This document shows, piece after piece, positions 58,527-64,000 of a DNA stretch of 64,000 bases (position 1 is its first letter; each line of letters opens with the position of its first letter). Position numbers and translations under genes: made by a program. The stretch lies in assembly GCA_050173015.1 (NCBI GenBank), contig JBFXLE010000012.1:1-64000 (forward strand), in the 5' to 3' direction. A model generated the notes under the pieces. It was not told the origin of the DNA, did not search any database, and was given only the letters and a program-made list of their open reading frames with translations. This DNA is from Calditrichaceae bacterium (GTDB taxonomy: Bacteria; Calditrichota; Calditrichia; Calditrichales; JBFXGD01).

Positions 58527-60440
58527 TTATTGCTCAAGTGTGCTTAAATCACCTTCATCCTGACCGAGGGCGCGGGCTTTCAGAACCCGACGCATGATTT
58601 TTCCGCTTCTGGTTTTTGGAAGTGTCTCAACAAAATGAACTGTTTCCGGTTTGGCGATTGGTCCGATCTCACGGCTGACATGTTCTTTCAGTTCATTTTC
58701 CAGCGCTTTGCTCCCGGTAAGACCGGCTCTCAGGATCACAAAAGTATGAATCGCGTTCCCTTTAAGTTCATGGGGCAGAGCAATTGCCGCTGCTTCAGAA
58801 ACGGCGGAATGGCTGACCAGAGCACTTTCAATTTCCGCTGTCCCAAGCCGGTATCCGCTCACTTTTATGACATCATCGATGCGGCCGATAACCCAAAGGT
58901 ATCCGTCTTTGTCGATCCTGGCCGAGTCACCGGCTTTATACCAACCCTGTTTTTCATAATCCTTCCAGTAGGTTTCAACATAGCGTTCGGGATCGCGGTA
59001 GATTGTTCTCGCCATCCCGGGCCAAGGAGCTTTGATTACAAGTTTTCCCTCTTCGCCGGGTTTAACTTCTTTACCTTTTTCATCCACAACCCCCACTTCA
59101 TTACCGAAGAATGGACGACTGGCGGAACCCGGTTTCAGGGGCATCACAGGAATGGGAGTAATCATAAAACCACCGGTCTCGGTTTGCCACCATGTATCCA
59201 TAATCGGGCATTTTTCCCGGCCGATTACGCGGTGATACCAAAGCCAGGCCTCAGGATTTATGGGTTCGCCAACCGATCCGAGAAGCCGCAGGGTGGATAA
59301 ATCGTGTCTTTCCGGCCAGGCGTCACCAAACCGCATAAGACCTCTTATCGCCGTCGGCGAAGTATATAAAATAGTGATTCCGTATTTTTCAACAATCTGC
59401 CACCACCGGTTTGGATAGGGATGATTAGGAGCTCCTTCGTACATCATGATCGTGGCGCCATTGATCAGCGGTCCGTAAACAATATAGCTATGACCAGTGA
59501 TCCAGCCGGGATCGGCAGCGCACCACCAGCGGTCATCATCCTTAATGTCAAACACGTAATGATGAGTTGAGGCCGTGTAAACACTGTAACCTCCATGTGT
59601 ATGGACCACACCTTTGGGTCTGCCTGTGGTTCCGGAGGTGTACAGAATAAATAGCATATCTTCAGAATCCATGACTTCCGTTTCACATTTCGGGCTTGCT
59701 ATAGGCAGAGTCATCAGATCATGCCACCAGAAGTCACGGTCATTTTCCATATAAACGTCTTCACCGGTGCGTTTTACGGTGATGCAAACTTCGATAGTCG
59801 GGGATCTTTTAATCGCCTCATTTGCAATTTCTTTCAACTTAGTAGGTTGTCCTCTACGGTAGCCACCGTCCGCGGTAACCAGTACACGGCTTCTCGCGTC
59901 TTCAATCCGTTCGGCGAGCGCTTCTACGCTGAAACCGCCGTAAACGACGCTGTGAGCGGCGCCGATTTTAGCGCAGGCCAGCATGGCAAATGCAAGTTCG
60001 GGTATCTGTGGCATATATATAGTTACGATGTCGCCTTTTCTGACACCCATGCTTTTCAGTACATTGGCAAACTTAGAAACTTCTCTGTTCAGCGCGTGAT
60101 AAGAGTATGTGCGAACGTCACCCGGTTCTCCCTCCCAGATAAGCGCCAGCTTATTTCTGCGCCAATTTTTCAGATGCCGATCAATCGCGTTGTGGATTAT
60201 GTTGGTCTTGCCGCCTGTAAACCATTTATAGAAAGGTTTTTCGGAATCATCCAGCACTTTGTTCCATTTTTCGTACCAGCCGAGTTTTTCGGCTTCTTCG
60301 GCCCAAAAACCCTCTCTGTCTTCTATGGAACGTTTGTAAATTGATTCATAATCTTTGATGTGGGCTTGTTCAATGGTTTCCGGAGAGGGGTGAAAAAATC
60401 CATCATTTGAGTTATTTTTATTCTTCTGGTCATTACTCAT
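58527..60440 (-). CDS. acs: Acetyl-CoA synthetase (AMP-forming)
   Basis: YTSGTTGRPKG, VGEPINP, DTWWQTETG, LPKTRSGKIMRR. Confidence 0.96.
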   Translation of the reverse strand: MSNDQKNKNNSNDGFFHPSPETIEQAHIKDYESIYKRSIEDREGFWAEEAEKLGWYEKWNKVLDDSEKPFYKWFTGGKTNIIHNAIDRHLKNWRRNKLALIWEGEPGDVRTYSYHALNREVSKFANVLKSMGVRKGDIVTIYMPQIPELAFAMLACAKIGAAHSVVYGGFSVEALAERIEDARSRVLVTADGGYRRGQPTKLKEIANEAIKRSPTIEVCITVKRTGEDVYMENDRDFWWHDLMTLPIASPKCETEVMDSEDMLFILYTSGTTGRPKGVVHTHGGYSVYTASTHHYVFDIKDDDRWWCAADPGWITGHSYIVYGPLINGATIMMYEGAPNHPYPNRWWQIVEKYGITILYTSPTAIRGLMRFGDAWPERHDLSTLRLLGSVGEPINPEAWLWYHRVIGREKCPIMDTWWQTETGGFMITPIPVMPLKPGSASRPFFGNEVGVVDEKGKEVKPGEEGKLVIKAPWPGMARTIYRDPERYVETYWKDYEKQGWYKAGDSARIDKDGYLWVIGRIDDVIKVSGYRLGTAEIESALVSHSAVSEAAAIALPHELKGNAIHTFVILRAGLTGSKALENELKEHVSREIGPIAKPETVHFVETLPKTRSGKIMRRVLKARALGQDEGDLSTLEQ

Positions 60441-60771
60441 ACGGACATCCTCCTTAATATAGTATATATGATCTTAGGCCGATATATATAAAAACAATCT
60501 CAGAATTTTCGGATGTTCATTAATATCCAGACAAGTTAAAAAAACAGCATTTTTAATGATTAATGGGATAAACAAAGGAACATCATCTGCCTTGACTTAT
60601 TGAATCCTGCAATGATAAATTTGTATCATAACAAACAATCTAAGCAGGGTGAATATTCCAAGTCAATCCGGGTGTTGTACGAATGAGATACTGCTTTAAT
60701 TCTATTTAAAAGCTACTGATACTGATTACTGCAATGGGCACTAATGATAATAAATCTTTTTTCCGGAACAA

Positions 60772-62196
60772 TCAATAAAAGATGCTTTTTAAAATATAGA
60801 AGAATAAAATTGCTCCAAGCGCTCCGACGGGAATGGTGATTATCCATGAAAGGATAATATCACGGATAGATCTCATGTTCAACGCGCCAATCCCGCGCGC
60901 CAGGCCGACGCCTAAAATGGCGCCCACGAGAGCGTGTGTAGTTGATATTGGTAGTCCCAATTTTGACGCGAAAACAATAGTGATTGCAGCGCCAAATTCA
61001 GCTGAAAATCCTCGGGTCGGAGTCAGTTCGGTGATTTTTTTACCGATAGTTTCGATGACACGCCATCCCCATGTCGCAAGACCGACAACAATGCCGACGC
61101 CGCCAAGCATTAGCACCCACGTAGGCACTGCAGACTGTGTCGTTATCGACCCGTTTATCAGCACATTGATAACAGCGCTCAGGGGACCCACGGCATTGGC
61201 GACATCGTTAGCGCCATGCGCAAACGCGACAAAGGCCGCGCTCATGATCTGCAGATAAACAAAGATGCGTTCGACTGTCCGGTATTCAGTGCTCCCCCGC
61301 TCGATGGTAACACCTGTTCTGACCCTGCTTCTTATTGCCTTCAAATCGGAGAGTAACTTTGAAAGCATTTCATTTATATCACCGCTTGAATCAAGTTTTG
61401 CCGCCTGTAGGAACCTTGAAGCTTTTTTTATATTATCTGCGACAGAAACGGGTTGAAATAAACGGACACGATCCGGTTCAGGAGTCTCCTTGATACGTTT
61501 TACAAGAAAAAAACTTATAATGGAAGCAATTATTCCGACTGCTGCGGCAATTAACAATGCCGAGCCAAGAGGAAGATCCAGGTGCAAATTTTTGAGGCCC
61601 TTAAAAACCAGGACAAGCGTCATAACAAAAAAAACTAAAAACACGAGGAAGGGGGTAATTCTTTTTGCCGCGGACACGGGATCCGCGTTATAATATATTT
61701 GCTTTCGAAGAATGCTGAATATTACAAATGCTATTGTTCCACTCAGTACGGGAGATATCACCCAGCTTCCGACAATAGACCCAACTTTCTGCCAGTGAAT
61801 TGCATCAACCCCACCGATTAAAATTCCAAAGCCAATGATCGATCCAACAATTGAGTGTGTCGTTGAGACCGGCCAGCCAAAGTAAGATGCCACCTGAAGC
61901 CAGATGGCTGCGGACAGAAGCGCGGCCAGCATACCATAAACAAAAAAAACAGGATTTGAAGAAAAAATCTCAGGTGAGACGATTCCTTTTTGTACCGTTT
62001 CAGAAACATGGGAACCGACAAAGAATGCTCCCGAAAATTCCATTATAGCAGCAAGAATAACAGCTCTTTTTATTGTCAGAGCCTTCGAGCCTACCGAAGT
62101 ACCCATCGCATTTGCAACATCATTGGCTCCGATAGACCAGGCCATGTAGAAACCAAAAATAATCGCAAGTACAAAAAGTATTGAACCAAATTCCAT
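60772..62196 (-). CDS. pit: Inorganic phosphate transporter (PiT family)
   Basis: Two GANDVAN motifs, PVSTTH/PISTTH. Confidence 0.93.
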   Translation of the reverse strand: MEFGSILFVLAIIFGFYMAWSIGANDVANAMGTSVGSKALTIKRAVILAAIMEFSGAFFVGSHVSETVQKGIVSPEIFSSNPVFFVYGMLAALLSAAIWLQVASYFGWPVSTTHSIVGSIIGFGILIGGVDAIHWQKVGSIVGSWVISPVLSGTIAFVIFSILRKQIYYNADPVSAAKRITPFLVFLVFFVMTLVLVFKGLKNLHLDLPLGSALLIAAAVGIIASIISFFLVKRIKETPEPDRVRLFQPVSVADNIKKASRFLQAAKLDSSGDINEMLSKLLSDLKAIRSRVRTGVTIERGSTEYRTVERIFVYLQIMSAAFVAFAHGANDVANAVGPLSAVINVLINGSITTQSAVPTWVLMLGGVGIVVGLATWGWRVIETIGKKITELTPTRGFSAEFGAAITIVFASKLGLPISTTHALVGAILGVGLARGIGALNMRSIRDIILSWIITIPVGALGAILFFYILKSIFY

Positions 62197-62231
62197 CTAT
62201 TCTCCAGTGGTCATTCGCGTCAAATTAAAAA

Positions 62232-62906
62232 TTACTTTATTTCCAGAATCATTCGCACTCTGTTCGCCAGTTTTTCTGCGGAGTTTGACAGACGGGCCAG
62301 TGTCCTGAGAATACCCATCCATAAAATAAATTCACCATGTGTAAACTCATGCTCATTCGCGAAAAGGGATTGAAGTAATTTTTGCTGGACCAAATCGGCT
62401 TCATGCTCCGCGTAAGCCACTTGTTCCACAAGCTGCATAACCCGTTCCGCTTCTTTACCTCCAAATGATGACTGAATGAGTTCATCCATTTCCTGCATGA
62501 CTTTGGACGCCTTGTCAATTGTTTCAAGATTCTTGTCCAGGAATACCCAAAAGTGCATATCCATACATTTCGGGATTTTGCACTCTTTATATGTCAGGAG
62601 CATACCGATATCCTCACAGGTATCGGCAAGTGAATCCTGAATACCAAGCATTTCTAAGATATCGTTCCGGTCAACAGGCATGAAAAGTCCTTGTCTCAAG
62701 CTGTTTCTGATATCATTCTTAATTAAATCAGCTGAATGCTCGAGGCGCGAGATTTCTTTTGCAAGCGGCTGAATTTTTTCCTGTTCACCCTTTTTGACCG
62801 CTTCAAATAATTCAGGCACTTTGACAACACATTCCATTACAGTGGACATGTGAGCTTGTAAGGGGCCAAAAGGAGAAGCTGCGAAAATTTTTGAAAATAC
62901 GCCCAT
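62232..62906 (-). CDS. DUF47/TIGR00153 PhoU-like phosphate transport regulator
   Basis: SPF.PLQ.HM, LEH.AD..K..IR, LFMPVDR; upstream of pit. Confidence 0.88.
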   Translation of the reverse strand: MGVFSKIFAASPFGPLQAHMSTVMECVVKVPELFEAVKKGEQEKIQPLAKEISRLEHSADLIKNDIRNSLRQGLFMPVDRNDILEMLGIQDSLADTCEDIGMLLTYKECKIPKCMDMHFWVFLDKNLETIDKASKVMQEMDELIQSSFGGKEAERVMQLVEQVAYAEHEADLVQQKLLQSLFANEHEFTHGEFILWMGILRTLARLSNSAEKLANRVRMILEIK

Positions 62907-63107
62907 CGATTATGCTCTCTTAGTTAATTTGAGTCAATTCAAAATTATGGCAAATATTAAATTTTAATACCAAGTGTAATCATACAAAATTCTGACTTTT
63001 ACATCAACAATTTTGAATCAAAATAATTATCAATTTTTGGATGTGGTTAATCACTTTAAAAACAAATAATTATGTCAAGTTCTTTTGATTTTGGGATGTA
63101 TAATGGT

Positions 63108-63141
63108 AAAAAAAAAAGGATCTCCGCGCGGAGATCCTTTT
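63108..63141 (-). terminator. Intrinsic terminator after the subtilase gene
   Basis: Palindrome AAAAGGATCTCCGCGCGGAGATCCTTTT with an A10 run (T run on the minus strand). Confidence 0.85.
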
Positions 63142-63157
63142 ATGATTCATAAAGTGA

Positions 63158-64000
63158 TTACTTATGCGCAATAGGATCTGCATTGCCGTCAGGATCACCG
63201 GTAACATAGCCATCTGTTTTAATATTACCGTTGGTTACGAGAAGTAGTCCCGCGACATGTGGGGTAGCCATTGAAGTTCCACTAATAGTATTCGTTCCGC
63301 CGTCTTTCCACAAAGACAGAATGCTTACTCCGGGGGCGGAATAATCCACGGGCGGATTGCCATAATTTGAAAAATAAGCGAATACATCATTAATATCGAA
63401 AGCAGATACAGTATAAACATAAGGTCCATTGACCCGCGCAGGTGAATGATTGTTCGCATCATCCGATTCGTTGCCTGCTGCCAAGGCAAAATAAATCCCG
63501 TTATTCGAGGCGTTCAAAACAGCCTGATCAAGGGCGTCCGAAATGCCGCCGCCAAGACTCATATTGGCAACATCACCGGCCGCGCCGTTTGCGGCAACAT
63601 AATCAACACCGGCGATTACCCCAGTGGTGGATCCGCTGCCTCTGCGGTCAAGTACCTTAACGGCCACAACAGTTGCTCCGGCCGCGACACCAACAACGCC
63701 TTCGGTGTTGTCAATAGCTGCGATCGTTCCGGCAACGTGTGAGCCATGACCATTGTCGTCATCACCCGTTGTGGTTCTTGCTATAAAGGTAACACTTCTT
63801 GCTATATCAACATTTAAGTCGGGGTGTTCAAAATCGACACCCGTATCAATAATCCAGGCCACTTTGCCCGCTGACGCTGTTGCTCCGCCAACCCGTGTAA
63901 TTCCCCATGGTGTGGTTTGCGCAACCGGTGGTGCCGGCGGTTTTTTTGCAAAAATCGATGGACCTAAAGTGATTACCCGGTCCTGCTCAATAAATGATAC
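63158..64000 (-). CDS. Subtilisin-like serine protease (S8), 5'-truncated by the window edge
   Basis: IIDTG (Asp), HGSHVAG (His), AAGN, GTSMATPHVAG (Ser). The frame continues upstream through TTPWGITRVG to the window end. Confidence 0.93.
   Translation of the reverse strand, partial: VSFIEQDRVITLGPSIFAKKPPAPPVAQTTPWGITRVGGATASAGKVAWIIDTGVDFEHPDLNVDIARSVTFIARTTTGDDDNGHGSHVAGTIAAIDNTEGVVGVAAGATVVAVKVLDRRGSGSTTGVIAGVDYVAANGAAGDVANMSLGGGISDALDQAVLNASNNGIYFALAAGNESDDANNHSPARVNGPYVYTVSAFDINDVFAYFSNYGNPPVDYSAPGVSILSLWKDGGTNTISGTSMATPHVAGLLLVTNGNIKTDGYVTGDPDGNADPIAHK

Noticed and set aside
58635-60344. Long antisense ORFs inside acs (and similar ones inside groEL, dinB, pit)
   Set aside because: Shadow ORFs opposite well-conserved genes, with no recognisable motifs.

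Overview
A 64-kb, mostly core-chromosomal bacterial window. It is AT-rich, uses Shine-Dalgarno sites and has a secreted protein with an NYPNPFNP/FlgD-Ig C-terminal sorting domain. That suggests an FCB-superphylum lineage such as Calditrichota/KSB1 (inference only). I found no rRNA, tRNA, CRISPR array, transposase or phage module. In order: a 30-unit heptamer tandem repeat; a maltodextrin locus (MalG-type permease, CBM48-esterase lipoprotein, TrmB regulator, two GH13s); a CxxxxCH lipoprotein/YceI/beta-barrel cassette; thiI-cysteine desulfurase; CDF transporter, AMMECR1, RecQ, DMT, lhgO, PSP1/RicT, holB; TonB-ExbB-ExbD; a divergent homoserine dehydrogenase, FAH, pfkA, mazG; a histidine kinase + sigma54 activator with a readable downstream enhancer and promoter; an ECF sigma/anti-sigma/GAF operon; holA, NSS transporter, uppP; hsp20-groES-groEL behind a sigma54 promoter; a SigZ/glutaredoxin/second groES stress cluster; ptsI; an SOS cassette; ABC and TRAP transporters, proline dehydrogenase; two paralogous radical SAM/SPASM genes around GT2 + flippase-like genes; acs, PiT/DUF47 and a truncated subtilase. 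The most striking system is the SOS cassette: lexA, then an HTH-less LexA C-terminal-domain protein that has lost its cleavage site and catalytic dyad, then a DUF6504-like protein, then a DinB-like polymerase. The same palindrome, TGTAC-N4-GTACA, sits just downstream of the -10 element at both the lexA and DUF6504-dinB promoters and is a candidate lineage-specific SOS box. All product calls come from motif recognition by eye; no database searches were run.
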